64,000 bases of DNA from Camelus dromedarius. Its lineage: Eukaryota. Below, piece after piece: positions 38,814-52,709 of this stretch. The DNA lies in assembly GCF_036321535.1 (NCBI RefSeq), contig NC_087437.1, positions 12,464,001 to 12,528,000 on the forward strand. The letters are read 5' to 3'. Both the position numbers and the translations under genes were made by a program. Under the pieces are notes generated by a model, which saw only the letters and a list, made by a program, of their open reading frames with translations, was not told the DNA's origin and made no database searches. The first letter of the stretch is position 1. Each line of letters begins with the position of its first letter.

Positions 38814-38867
38814 GATCATTTGGATCAATTACAGGCTTTTAGCTGGCTTGTCTGTCATAATTCATGA
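38805..38867 (+). other. uORF MVNDHLDQLQAFSWLVCHNS*
   Basis: ATG 38805 to TGA 38865-38867; its stop overlaps the next uATG (ATGA). Confidence 0.7.
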
Positions 38868-38967
38868 TTCGAGGCTGGGAAAAAGACCAACAGCCTACGT
38901 GCCAAAAAGGGGGCAGAGTTTGATGGAGTTGGGTGGACTTTTCTATGCCATTTGCCTCCACACCTAG
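38812..38967 (+). other. Long uORF (51 aa) with an in-frame internal ATG at 38923 (MELGGLFYAICLHT*)
   Basis: ATG 38812 open to TAG 38965-38967; ATG 38923 overlaps the uORF4 stop (TGATG). A further short uORF, MPFASTPRG*, lies at 38945-38974. Confidence 0.65.
38864..38923 (+). other. uORF MIRGWEKDQQPTCQKGGRV*, counterpart of the peptide-dependent inhibitory uORF4 of mouse RAR-beta2
   Basis: 19-codon ORF read directly; nearly identical to the mouse uORF4 peptide as I recall it. Confidence 0.8.
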
Positions 38968-38974
38968 AGGATAA

Positions 38975-39274
<300 letters not shown>

Positions 39275-41550
39275 TAGTGATTTAAGGCTGAAAGGGTGTG
39301 ATATGCTGGTGTGCATATTGATTCCCTCTGCTGAAAATTTCCTGTTAGAGGTTTTCTTCCCAGACAACCCCCCCCCCCGCCCCCGACCCCTGTTCCTCTC
39401 CTTACCAACCCTACGGACCCTGGAAAACAGTTTAAAAAAAATATGCATGTGGCGGGGTGTGGAAAGTAGAGGGTGACCACAGGACTTTGAAACATTCTTC
39501 AAGTGAGGCAATGTGAAACATTTGTACAGTTTTTACTAAGATGTATGCAGAAGGGGATTTAACTTTGCTGTTCTTTGGATTAGCTACTAGTTGTATGGAT
39601 CCCCCCTTGTGTGTTTCAACAGTCCAAAGTAATTAAAATACGACATCTTCCTCGCGAGGAATTGAGCCTAATTAAGGTGGCCGCTGCTCCCGAAGTTCAT
39701 AAACCACCAGTTAAAGCTGCTGCCTCCAATGTTTTCCTTGCTGAGGAAAGGCAATATTTCTTAGCATTGACCCTGCTGCCACCTTTCCGAGTCACTTTGT
39801 TGCTCTAAGAAGTTGCTGTTTTGCTAGAAAACTACTGGCAAAGAACACCCCTTGGGCTGAGCCATCCATTATTTCCATATCTTGTAATTCAGCCGGGAAC
39901 CTGGACATCGGTTAAAGGAGAGGAAATATAAGTGGGGTAGCCCAGTTTTTTAAAAAAATATTGACTGTTTGGTTATCTGATGCTGACACGGTGCCGAGGC
40001 GTGCACTGGTCAACAGTAGCCTGGCTGTGGGCTTGAGAAATGACCAGAAGTCCCAGAAAATCCCACCTTCGGGTGGCTGTAGTGGGCGCCTGCAGGATTC
40101 ATCGCCGCCCTGACAGTGATTTAGATAAATGGCTCAGCTATCTATCAAAATGTTTTTAGGACTTTATTTGACAATTCATTGGAGCATTAGCCTGAAAATG
40201 ACATTTTAAATCTTTGTTTTCAAAGAGGTCAAAGTTTAACTGGAAGAAATTGAGTTTTCCTAATAACATGGTGGCTTATCTAAAGAGAAAGAGAGAAAAA
40301 AAAAAAGGAGAGGGAACAATGACAAGATTTAAATCGTCCTCTCTGAAACTTTTACTTAAGAATAAAGACTTGCTTCTAGGGGTAGGAAATCAACAGGTTT
40401 GTAGCTGAAAAATCAATAACCATTTGATGCCCACAGCTTGGCTGTCTGACTTAATATTTCGTAGAGCCATAACCAGGGGAGGAAAAAAAAAAAAGAATAT
40501 CATTTTTCAGAAGGCATCTTCATTTTCAGCTGCTCCCCAAATGCCTTTTCTTTTCTGCTGCTCATTTTCTTTTTGGAGAACTCAAAGAAACGGTTCCAAA
40601 ATAATTTTCCAACCCTCTAACAAATCTTTCAGACCTGTCCTCTCTGTAGCAGTTAAAAACAGCAAGAACAATTTCACTTGGAATCTCAGGGAACTAGAGC
40701 TCTCTAAAAGTTTTTCTTATGAGAGAAAGTTTTAATGAAACGTTTTTTAATGAAGAAAAAAAAATGTTCAGGACCCTGGCGTGGAGCTGATAGACCTAAT
40801 AGAGATTTTACAAGTAGACATTCTTCCTTTTGTAATTAACCCTCCAAACATGCCTATTAAGTCGTAGGAGTCGGGAGAAAAGCTTTGTTTGTTCTTGAAC
40901 AAGTTAAACAAGGGATTTGTCTTATCTGTGGAGAGCGAGTGGTGAATGTGTCATTCGCCTAGGGCCAGCCGATAAGCAAGAAGTGTTGATAACAGCGAAG
41001 TCCAGCTAATCAAAGAAACTTGCATTAGAAAAAGTAAATAAAGGCCTCTGACAAAGGGATTTCAGAAATTTCAGTGTCTTATTTTTGTCAGCAGGGCAAT
41101 TAGGGCTCACTGTGGTCAATTTCACAAGGGTTTGAATCCCACAGCCCGACTCCAGGTTAAATGAATAGAATGTAAATATCGCTTCTGCCCCTGCCGGGTG
41201 GCTTTATCCTCCACAAACCGCTTTATGACTGGTCAGTTTAGTTGTTCAAGCGATTAAGTTTTTAAGCATAAATAAAAGTTCTAATAAAGCTCTGCCACTC
41301 GGTGTTTGGCTCCGAGTGGCACAGCCAGCCAGGGCTTTTGAAGTAAAAGCATATTAGGGCTGCGTTTGTATAAGTACGAACATTAAAACCACAGCCTCTT
41401 CCATTTTACTTAATGACTGTTTTGACAAGAAGCAGATCTGTTTGTGCTCTTAACACAGAGGAAACAGTGGGCAAGAAGGGGAAAAAAACAGTACTAAATT
41501 CTAACCAAAACTATTTTCTTCTTTGAGATCCCACTGTTTTTTAATGCTGC

Positions 41551-41551
<1 letters not shown>

Positions 41552-41590
<39 letters not shown>
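41552..41590. repeat. (TG)n microsatellite
   Basis: Perfect TG run. Confidence 0.97.
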
Positions 41591-41592
<2 letters not shown>

Positions 41593-43864
41593 TAATTAGA
41601 GTAAAGCCTTTGAACTTAAAACATTCCAGATGCATTCTCTGAAAGGTGTGAGAATATTCTTTTTATTTTTCCTTTTAAATTTTAAAGACAGAAAAATGAC
41701 ATGCCAGTCAGCTGCCGGTTGAAGTAGGGCTTGTGAATTGCTTGTTCTAAAAATTCGAAGTCAGGAGTAGCGGGTTACCAAGGGAATGTGGTATAAATAA
41801 TACGATTTAAGACTGCCCCTGGAGGTGTCGGAGCCACTAAGTTTCTCTTCAGATGCCCCCTGGATTGTCTTGGGTTTAGGCTGCTCCAGATGTTTTCAGC
41901 ATTAATTGCTCAGTGGGCATAGGGTAAATCCTAATGTTTGTGGTCTAAATATAGTAGTTGCTTTCAGTGAAATCATGAGTGTGACAACTTCTTGGCCCTT
42001 TTCCCTATCTTTTCCCTACTCAACACTTCAAAAGAAAAAAGGGAAAAAAAGATTTTCTTTTTTAATGAGGAGAAATGATCTGTTTAAAAAACAAACAGTA
42101 TGTAGGTATGATTAAAGAAGGAAAAAAAAAATCCCCTTCCCATAGTGCTGGGACCTGAATTTTAAGTATTAAACAGTATCTAAATCCTTTCCTAGTGAGA
42201 TATAAATTGGGGTCAAAGTGGCAAAATCAAAGATACCCTCTGAAAGAGAGACTAAATAAAGGCTGACAGCCACCATATGAATTGAATGGGGTTTTGAATA
42301 AATATTTCGGTGAAAAGGCTCAATTGTTTTTCTAAAGTAGAACATAATTTTCTGCTTCTCTCGGCCACATGAAGGTGGCAACACCATCTAAAAGAAGGGA
42401 AGAAAAGGGAATTCTGCTTAAAACCTCAGAGAGTGCAGGATAGGGCCGTTTGAAAACAAGTGGAAGATTCATAAAGTTTTTTCCTTCCCTGTAAGAAAAA
42501 AGAAATACTAAAATGTTGTCCGTCTCCAGGTAACCTGGTGCTTTGGCTAGGAAAGCCTTGCTGTGCAACTTAGAAGAAAAAAATGCACACGTTAAAATTT
42601 TATCACCAGAAAAGGGTTAATTCCAAAAAGTAGATCAAAACACTAGGAGACTTCTGTCTCAGCCTTAGGCTGTGGAATGGCCTGGGAAGATCTGTCCCTT
42701 AAACATAGGCTGTGGAATGAATGCGCAAGCTTTGGTTACCATTTGACTTCCCAGCTCAAAATGCAAAGCCTTGCATCAGCACAGGCCTTTTTTTTCCTTA
42801 GTAGATAAATGACCAGAATGGCAATTTCTAATAGGATAGCTGACCTGAACCAGAAGTTTTCTTCTCATTTCTGGAAGCCTGGCTCTGACCTTATATAAGC
42901 AGTCAGTACTGTTGTGAACTTTTCTTTAAAGCATAAAAGAAACTTCTGGATATCAGGTGCTTGTAATTTCCCTTCAGCATGCTAAGCCCCTGAGATGGCT
43001 GAAAAGGGAAGAAAACCTTGCTGTTTTCTCCTTTAGATATTCCACAAGCATCAAGAAATAATCTCTGAAGGGAAATACACAATAAATGATAAAGATGATA
43101 AATTCTGCTCTCAAGGAAATTATCATCGTTAAAATATAAAAAAATTAAGGCTGGGAATTTTTTAATTAAAAAGTTACTCTTTGGGATGAAAATGAAGATG
43201 TAAAACCAAGATGCAAAATGTAGAACTCTTCGAGTCGAATAGGACTTATTAAACAATAAAGGCAGTGCTCATTTTGGTACATCTTAAAAAGAATTTTCTA
43301 TAGACTTTGCATTATACATGTAAGTGCCAATAAATTTATCCTTAAATGACATTTTTATACTTTAAATGTTCTAATATAAATTCAGTTAACTATCAGTTAA
43401 ATAGATTATTTCAGAAATGGGAATTTTTTTTTTTTTGATGAAGATTAATCAGAAAAATCTTGGCTAAAAACCTTTCCAAAAGATATGAATGTAGAATCTT
43501 GCCTTCCACATTACAGGGTAGTTATGGCAGTCAAACATCTCAGATTTTCTAGAATAACCCACTTTCAATGTACTGCCACAGTTCCCACGTAAGTCTTTGA
43601 AATATGCCAGATATTTCAACATGACGACATCTCCGAGGCTGCCCCTTGGACTCAGGAGAGGCACAGAAAGTCTTTGTTTGGATTCTATGGTCAGTATAAG
43701 CGCAGCACTCCACAGCCTAATTTTTCCATTATAACTGGAGATCGCCTTGTGCAGATTCTGGGTCATTCTTCCGCACATGCATTCCTCTCGTGGCTAAATG
43801 TAGATCTGTAAATAGAAGGCATCGCTGGCAAAATGGATTTAAGTATTATGACGGAGATTCTGAT

Positions 43865-43893
43865 CACGCGTGTGTGTGTGTGTGTGTGTGTGT
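43865..43893. repeat. (TG)n microsatellite preceded by CACGCG
   Basis: Alternating purine-pyrimidine tract. Confidence 0.95.
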
Positions 43894-46800
43894 AGAGTGG
43901 GGAGGGGGTAGAATTAAACATTGAATCACCGTGAACAAATCTGTATCAGTTCTTGGCCAGCTTCTTCTTAAAAAGTTGGAGCTGGAGGTGATGGAGAGAG
44001 GGGAGCAGAGTTAACTCAGGTTTCAGATTTATCAGAATCCTGTCTGTAAGTGGCTTGGCCTAAGCACCTCTTGTTAAACAGGAGATGAGATAACCTGCCC
44101 ATCTGTAAGATCTAATGACACAACCTCATCAGTCACCATGCTGCCCTGAACGTTCCTCTTTCCTTCCTGCCTTCCTAACTTCATCATTAAAAAGCCTGAT
44201 TTCGGTCCCAACCCAGCCCCCAAACTCCCTGAAATGAATAAAAAACAAAGCGAAAGTTCTCCCCACCTAGGAAGCAGCAGAGGGGGGTCTGCAGGTGTTC
44301 TATTATTTATCTCGAGCCTTCAGAGCGTCTTGGATGGGAACTGAAACGGGCAGTGGAAGCGCTGACTTGCTTCCTCTCTGGCTTTGCAGGGTGGGGAGGG
44401 GGTGGGGGTGGGGCGTTCAGTAAGATAAGACTCTTGGTCCCCAACATGATAAGACAGGATAACAGGAACTGACGTCAGAAGGCGACCCGGCCTGGCCCAG
44501 CGTTTCCTCTGTCAGGGCCCATGCATTCCAGGAGCCTCCAGGCTCCCCCAGAGCTGTTGAAGTAAACTGGGGAGGGCTTGAGGGGGGGGACGGGGCTGGA
44601 GGAAGCTAATTTTAACAAGGGTGATCATGGGTGACAATGTCCCTCCTTCCCTAAAGGAGATTTCCCTAAACAGAACAAAGACTAATTTGAGGGGAAGGGA
44701 GCGATTTTAATAAAAGCAGAGTCTGAGGTTATAATGGCAGTTTTAGGTTGTCATGTACTGGGTACGCGTTTCCAAGCTGTCAACAGTTTCCCTCTGATGT
44801 CTCATAAGACAGTCTATCCAGCCGTCACCAAACATCACCCGTGAACCCTGCCAGCTCTCCGTATAGAACCAAATGGGCGGGAATTCACATTGTCAGAGCT
44901 AATCCCTGGGACTCCTGTTTACTTTTCTAAACACCGGGTTCCCACCCCCGCCCACCTCATCTGACGGCAGCTTAAAGACGCACCAGTCCTGAAACCACCT
45001 CCTGGCTTTTCTCTCTTCTTTTCTTCTTCCTTTTCTCCTAAATTCAGACTCTTTTTTTTTTTTTTTTTTGGCCTTCACAAGTGATTTGAGGTTTGGAGAA
45101 GGAGAAATTCTACTGAAAGGGTCCTTTTTTTTTTCCCCACCTTCATGGGTTTTCAGTCTACTTTTCTTAAAGATTGCTTTTTTCTTCAAGTTTTAGTATT
45201 GAATTAGGAGTGCATGTCCTAATTTGATCAGATATAGTGAAATGTTTGGTTTTGTTGTTGTTCTTGTTGATCAATTACTGTTCACCACAAGTTATTTCAT
45301 CAAATCAGAAAAAAAAAAATAGCTGAGTTCAGAGCACTGTAATAGAAATGCTGCAGGTAAGGCCAGAGGAGTGCATCCATTAACTGGAAAATGAAGATTT
45401 GGGTCACAGTTATCCTAATTTTTCTCTAATTTCCAGAGCAAATGAAGACCTCTGTAATAAATCCCTCTTCGCAAAAATATTAAAGCTTTCGGGGCTACAG
45501 TACCTTTGTCTTTTCATCAAAGTCCATGATTATAAAAAGGCTGATGATCTGAAGGCTGTTTCAGCTTCAAAAGACTTTTTTAGGGTCTGGCCTATTGGAA
45601 AGCTTGGGGGTATAATTAACTAAAATGGAAATGGAGGCAAGTGAAATTTAGTTCCTGATGTTTTAATTTAGCTCAGCACTGCCATGTGTTATTGAAGAGA
45701 ATTCTTAAAGGCAAACATAATTATTTCATTATGGTCCTCAGAATGCTTTCATTGGCTTTAATGACAAGAGGCTGTATAAAAAGGCATACATTTTAATTAG
45801 TCCTTCTTATATTTACATCAGATAAATAACAAATAATTGATGAAAAACAAGTCTTTGGGATGGATGATTTCACATAGTGCGCTGGTTACAGTTTAATGAT
45901 GAAACATTTCTCTGTTGCTTTGCATTTTAATTATCCAGACATTATAGGAGTGGTGCCTCGGTGCTAAAATACCGCCATTGCCATTTTATTACAAAAAATC
46001 ACGCTTAACGCCTGGGAGTCGGAAGCGGGAGAAGGTAGCTACAAGCACGTCTCAGAGAAACTAAATTGCCAGTCCCATTAATTTTACTACGTTTGTTAGC
46101 ATTCGTTGTGATCACTTTTATGTCCTCGCTTGTCTTTTTGGATTAAGACTGTCAGGGGTTTCACCTGCATTTTTATGATCGCACCTTCTCCTTAATACCG
46201 CTCTCTCTCGCTGCCTGTTTGGAAGACTTGCCTGAACGTCCCTTTGCCAGATGTAGGCTGGAAACGCAGAGAGTCTCCTGCCATGCCAGAGGCACGCTCT
46301 ACCTTTGATCGTATACGAAAACCCATTTCACATGATTCATCCGTTTTGGTGTATAGAACACTAATTGTTATTATTGATTTTAAATTCCGTGACCATTACA
46401 AGTAACCCAGATGACTGGCAGATAAAGGGTAATAATCCATGGAGTTCTGGAACTGTCTCATGTTTGTCTGGAGTCCTTTCTGTGATCAATATTAACTGCC
46501 CCATTGAAACTAACTGCTGTATCAAATAACAGTCAATCAAATGAATGTGCTTAGAGATTATTTATCGAAGGCTTTAATTGCTCACTGGGGCCCTGCTTAT
46601 CAGAGGAAACAATAGGACCTAGAGACAGGAGGAACAGGTTTGGATTTGCCGAGAAAGTTGGAGGATGCAGGTGAAGCATCTTTCTGCTCCTTGGGCCAGA
46701 GTTTCCAGAAGCCCACGTTGGGCTTCTAGCGGGTGCAAGTTGCAAATACTCTTACAGAGGTTGTCCTGTCACCTGTATATCGAAGAGAGCGCTCTGGAGA

Positions 46801-47864
46801 AGGAGGTGTACTGATTTCCTTGCCCTCAGACCACAGGCTGTGAAGTTGTCCCTCTGAGTTTTACGGCGGCTCCTCTGCACATACATCACCCCCACCTCCC
46901 CCGGCCTCTCTCCACCTGTATCCCCTGCTCGGCCGACAGGCTGAGATCATGGAAATAGCCTGCCTTGACACGGGATCGATTTCTACAGCTATGAGATGGG
47001 ACATTGCAGGATTTGTAGAAAGATTAGAGATAATGTAAATGAGGTTTCTGCCCTGCCCTAGAAGCACACACAAGTCTCTGAGTGGACCTTCTCTGGTTTC
47101 AGGCCGCCGCGGCGGCTTCCGTGCCTTCCAGAGCAGTGAACCATGTTCGTTTCGTTGGTATCTCTTCCCTCTGTGAAATGGTTTCTCTGCCTGTGGTTCA
47201 TCACCTAGGTGACAGTCCTTCCTGTTTGTCACCGTGGGAGCGCACCGTGGTCCTGATGCAGTGGCATCCATTTACCAGACCCCTAGATCTTGTACAAATA
47301 ATTGACACTTACATGTGAGCATTGTCACCTTTGAAGTGGTCCAGATACACTTTTGCCCAAAGATGCTGTCAGGGGCCAGTACATTCTGTTACTCACTTGG
47401 GTACCAGCCATGCTCCAGGCTCCCTGATGTGTTCTGTGGGGACACTGAGATGAAGCCCTTCCTGTCCCTGCTCTCTCTGGACTCACAATGTGCAGGAGAA
47501 ACTTGTGTACACACGTCAGTGTGACACAGCCCCCTTGCAGACGCAGGAGTCTCCTCGGGATTTTGAACCTGAGTTTGATTATGGAATGAACTAAAACCCA
47601 TTGAGAGCCAGGGCTGGTGCGTAAGTGGGGTTACATATTTTTGTCATAAGGAGCAGGCAAGAGGTGGGTATCGGCCACAGAGGCAATTTCTAATTGTAAT
47701 TCACAAAACACTTTAAAACTCCACAGTGGAGTACATATATACGTATTACGAACTTGCTTCCTGAAGATTCCTGTGGGTGTTTCTGGAGTGTTTGTTACTG
47801 TTCTTTGGGGACTGGGTCTGATTAGATTATATTTTTAAAAAATCACTCAAATCTTTGTGACTGT

Positions 47865-48150
47865 TTTTGTGACTTACTGCTGTGGAACAAACTGCCCCCT
47901 AACTGAGCGGCTGGACAATTTATTATCTCATTAATCTGTGGATGGACTGGGCTCAGCTGGGCAGGTCTTCTGCCACACGGGATGTCAGCTGAGGCGACAC
48001 CCTTCAGGGCTGGAATGGGCTGGAAGGGTCTCCGCCTTGGCACCCGGGGCTGCCATGGACGTGGGCTGTTGGCAGCGAGCTCAGCCGGGCTGGCCCGGGG
48101 TAGCTGCGGGCGCCCTGTGCTGCTCACTGGGAGGCGGGAAGAGGCTGGAG
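47865..48150 (-). mobile_element. MLT1G/H-like LTR fragment
   Basis: tactgctgtggaacaaactgccccc...atttattatctca...ctgggctcagctgggcagg. Confidence 0.6.
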
Positions 48151-49249
48151 CGGAGCTGGCTGCCGTCTCTTTCACCACCTGCTGTCCGTTAAGCATCACA
48201 GTTAAACCCACAAGAGTGACTTTTTTTTTAACTTAAATAGAGTTTAATGTGATTTTATTATATTAAAAGACTGTGTTCTGGGAAGGGTCCCCAGCTTCAG
48301 TCAGGCTACCTGTCCATGGGGAAGGACAATGACCGGCTGCCCTTTTCCATCTGCCTAGCAGCCATCTCATCATCCCACCAACACCAAAGACGTTGCTGTC
48401 TCTGCCAATAGGGACCAACGAAAGAGCTATTGTGGGGTTTTTAGTTAGGTTTTTTTGGGGGGGGGTGGTTAAATATTTAACAAGATTCTACTCTCCTGAC
48501 TCTACCTGCTTTATTATCACAAACAAGCCTGTGAGGAAGGTTCGATGAGCCTCTTTTTGCAGAAGAGGACATCGAGGCTCGGAGAAGGCGACTTTGACAG
48601 CAGGTCCACCCTGTCGTCTGACAGCTGAGTGAAGAATTCCAGAAAAAAATTTATGCCCTAATAATACCAAGAAAGGACCCTGGAGTGCTTTGGCTTTGGG
48701 GGAAAGGTGGGAGAGAGGGAGGGAAAGAACTGTACCACAGAACGTCCTCTGATCACGTTATTTCTCTCATAGACGTCACAGCCTTTTAAATTGTAGGAGA
48801 AACTAGAGGCTGTGTACACTTTGGTTTTGTTGTTTTCCGTCCTGTTCGGTGTTGAAGTCTGTGCCAGTCTCATCCCTCCACGGCTCGCAGGACTCAGAGG
48901 TCAGGAGTAGCCTCGTGTTTAGTAAGGAGTCGCAGGGAGGTGAGAGAAATAAGGTTTTTCTTGTTGTCCGAGCACACTCAGAACCATCCTCTGGAGGTGG
49001 GCACTGAGGGTGGTGCCTCTCAGTCAAGCAGCCTTATTGTGTCTTCCATGATTTAAAAAAAAAAAAAAGAAAATTTTCCAAGCGATGATGAACTGAAATT
49101 GATATTTTGGTGTTTGCCACCTATTTTTAAGTATCTGTTTAGAGGGTCTCAAACTTAGGAAGCCTTTTACTCTGTAATGAAGTTTACATTAATTACAAGG
49201 ATGCTAATTGACTTCCTGCATAATACACTTATTTCAGTGATTTCAAATG

Positions 49250-49605
49250 CAGTTGGCTCTCTATATCTGGGGGTTCCACATCCGCAGATTCAGTCGATCT
49301 CAGATGGAAAATACTCAGGAAAAAAAAAGCTCCAGAAAGTTCCAAAAAGCAAAACCTGAATTTGCTGCACAGTTAGCTGCTATTTACATCGCGTTTACAT
49401 TGTATTTACAACTATTTACATGGTACTTACATTGTATTAGGTATTATATGTCATCTAGAGATGATTTAAAGTATATGGAGGATGCGGAGGTTAGATGCAT
49501 GTACTATGCCTGTTTATATGAGAGACTTGAGTATCCATGGATTTTTGTGCCCAGGGGGCAGGGGGAGTCTAGAACCAATGCCCTGCAGATACGAAGGGAT
49601 GACTG
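49250..49605. mobile_element. Tigger3a/MER7-like TcMar-Tigger MITE
   Basis: Degenerate TIRs CAGTTGGCTCTCTATATCTG and CAGATACGAAGGGATGACTG; internal tacattgtattaggtattata...tctagagatgatttaaagtata. Confidence 0.85.
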
Positions 49606-50335
49606 TGTATTTTAAGTGCTATATAGTGTTCTATATTTGGGATTTTTATATACCATGTTCTACCTGTTTCTTTTGTTTGAAATTCGATGGTTATTGAATT
49701 GCAGATATTGAGGAGACAGGTGGACGAATTGAAGTGACTTCCTGTGGGTCATGTAGTAAGTTCTCAGTGGATGCTCCACTGGTTACTCTGTGCACAGTGT
49801 GGTACCCTGGCTTGGGGCACTCTTCGTGCACCGCCTCTGCTGTGGAAGTTAGCACTCCAAGTTGCCTCCATTTTTTCATCTGTACAATGGATCCAGAATG
49901 CTTACCTTGCAAGCTTATCATAGACTTAAATAAGAGAGTTTATTTAAAGTATCTAATAATGAAGACTCAGTAAATGGATTTTCTTCCAATACTTTATTGT
50001 GAAAAAAAATTTTAAATGCAGAAAAGTTGAAAGACTTTTACTGGGAATACTTGGATCCCCAACCACCATAACGACCATTCAAGTTACCTGGTGTGTTTTC
50101 TGTGTTTCTCCTCATTTCTTCCTTTTGGTGTGGTTTGTTTTGTTTTCTTGATTGGGTTCCCTTACTAACCAGGCAAGTCTTTGAGGTCAGATGTTGTATC
50201 CTTTACCTCTGGCTTCCCCGTGGTAGTAGAGCGTTAGTGTAGCTAGTATAGTAGCTGATCAGTACCCAGTTAACCGTGGTTGAGTCAATGAGGATAGGTG
50301 TTCAAGCACATCAGGCCCCTTAATGTCCCAGGTAC

Positions 50336-50548
50336 CAGCACACTGCAATAGAACATTCTGTAAGGACGGAAACCGTTTGTAGTTCTGTGTTGTCCAACAC
50401 AGTGACCGCTGGTTCTGTGGGGGTATTGAGCACTTGAAATGTGGCTAATATGTCTGAGGAACTGAATTTTTTTATTCTATTTAATTTTAGTTAGTTTAAC
50501 TTTCAATAGCCACATGGGGCTAGTGGCTACTGTATTGGACAACACAGC
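50336..50548 (+). mobile_element. MER3 (hAT-Charlie), near full length
   Basis: caatagaacattctg...gagcacttgaaatgtggcta...gctagtggctactgtattggacaacacag. Confidence 0.85.
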
Positions 50549-52709
50549 TCTGTAGACCAGCTCTTAATGTTTTTTCAATATTTGTTCATTCTCTTTATGT
50601 CCCTTTTCCTTTGCCTTTATTCTTCTTTCCTTATTGCGGTTCAAGAGTTCTAATTATCTCTTTATGGAGACGGTAAATAGACTGCAGGAGAATGTAAACA
50701 GAATCCTGGAGGGTCGTGATTTTTAGTAATTGTTTAACTTGTTTTCCTTCTGGGTGGAACTGTTTTTCCTGCGGCTTGCCAAATACATAGGGCTTATTTT
50801 GCTAACACGTACTTTGCAGAGCTCAACCATGATTTTCCCAGCATCCCGGTGGGTTGGACTTGAGTTCTGTTTCTTGCAGCAAGCAAATCACGGGAAAACG
50901 TGATTTCTAGCCTGTGCCCCACACCTGCCTGGTTTTCCGATGGACAGGGTGTCTTCTAAACTTTCCCAGCTACTTTCAACTCTGCATAAACATTTTAAAC
51001 TGCAGGGAGGCAGAGAGGAGCAGGCCATTCTCCGTGGAAATCTCAGTGTGTGTTCTAGAAGATGCCATGCTTCCTCTCCCACGAGCATCTTCTGCTTTAT
51101 AACCAGTGCCAGGCACACTGTAAGGGCTCAGGTGTTAGGCTGAGTGTAGTTCGGTGACAATGAACTTGAAATTCGGGAACTCTCAAGTGGTCTCTGGGTC
51201 TCTTTATCTCTATGCTTTGGGGTCACTCAAAACACCTGAAGAAAACGTCAGGGCGTGGCCAGAACTTGGGAGGCCCATGTTGCCATAGCAGCCAGCCCTT
51301 ATAAACACGCTAGCTGGAAAGTTGGCCTGAAAATATGAGGTTAGGGTATTTCCTTGGGCTTCCGGCACCTGCTTTGCTATCCTTGCAACAGATTTTCTGA
51401 TAGGACCTCCTGTTCACATTACCACTCCTCCCTTCCTTCCTTGGTTTGGTCCACCCCTAGAAATGGGGTGCAGAAATCAAATAGAAATAAGACCAAATCA
51501 ACAAGCAAGAGAAACTTTTGAACCAAGATTTGTTTTTTTTTCCGCTTAATGTTTTTAAGTTGTGACTGATTTTTATTCAAATGATACAATCACCAGCATA
51601 GTAATTAAACTTTATTCAGTGCAGATTATCTGCAGAGTATGCCAACTGTGTAAAATGAATTCCGTCACCTAATCCTCCCAGCAGCCTGAAGAGAAAGGCA
51701 CTGTCACTGCTCCATTTTACAGAGGAGAGTCTCCGGGCACAGAGTGGTTCTGGCGTCCGGGCCTCTGGAATCTGGACAGTGTGTCTGAAGTGCCCCCCGC
51801 CCCCAGGCTCAGCTTTGCGTGGTGTGGTTTTCCTTCCTTCTGCCAGCTCTGCAGAGTCGACTCCCAGTTTCTTTGCCGGGTGGGGGAAGGAGGGCGGTTG
51901 GAAGCCTCAGAACCCACAGGATAATAAAAGGGTTTCCAAGTGAAAGCTGGAAACAATACATTTTTAACAAAATGGGCAGTTACTCTAATTGCTGTGCCCC
52001 TACTGTTCAATTCCTTTTTATGTCCTAATTCATTAAATTATGTGCACACACAGGCTTATTATTTACAGATGTATGCACTTTTAACTGGCTCATATGAAAC
52101 AGATGTTTCGCGAAAGGTAACCGAGAGCAAGTGATCTAAACCCTCCTTTAGTGAGTATCAAGTGAATAGTCTGGCCCATTACCTGCAGGGTTTTTGCTAT
52201 TATTTTGAATTGCAGTGTCCAGCGTGGGGAGGAGAATTCAGTCTGTCCCCTGGAGGAACAAATAAAAATACAACGACCCTGTAAGCAGACATCTGCATCT
52301 CAAAATAGAAGAGGGTGTGTGCAGGTGACAGGCAGGTGGTAGTCACATGTGGGCTCCGGTGGATTGGAATGAGTTTTATAAGCAATTTGAGACAAAAAGA
52401 CCGATTGCATTATGGTAGGCTTTTTTATTTTTTAAGAGCCTTACTCTATTATATATTAATCATTACAGTCTTTGAATTCATAGCTGAGCGACTAGCATGC
52501 TCCTTTTTATCCAGAATTTCTTAGTTAATTATTTTTAGATGGAATTACTCCATTGCTCTTGTAACTGGCAGGAATGCAGGCAAAGCTTGGACAGTGAATG
52601 CAACGTCAAATTACTGTCTCCCAGCTTCTAAAAGAGTCAAGATGGGCTCTTTCCATGGGTTCTTCATGGCTCCACATAAGTCATCTTCAATTAATAGTAA
52701 TGATAGGAT

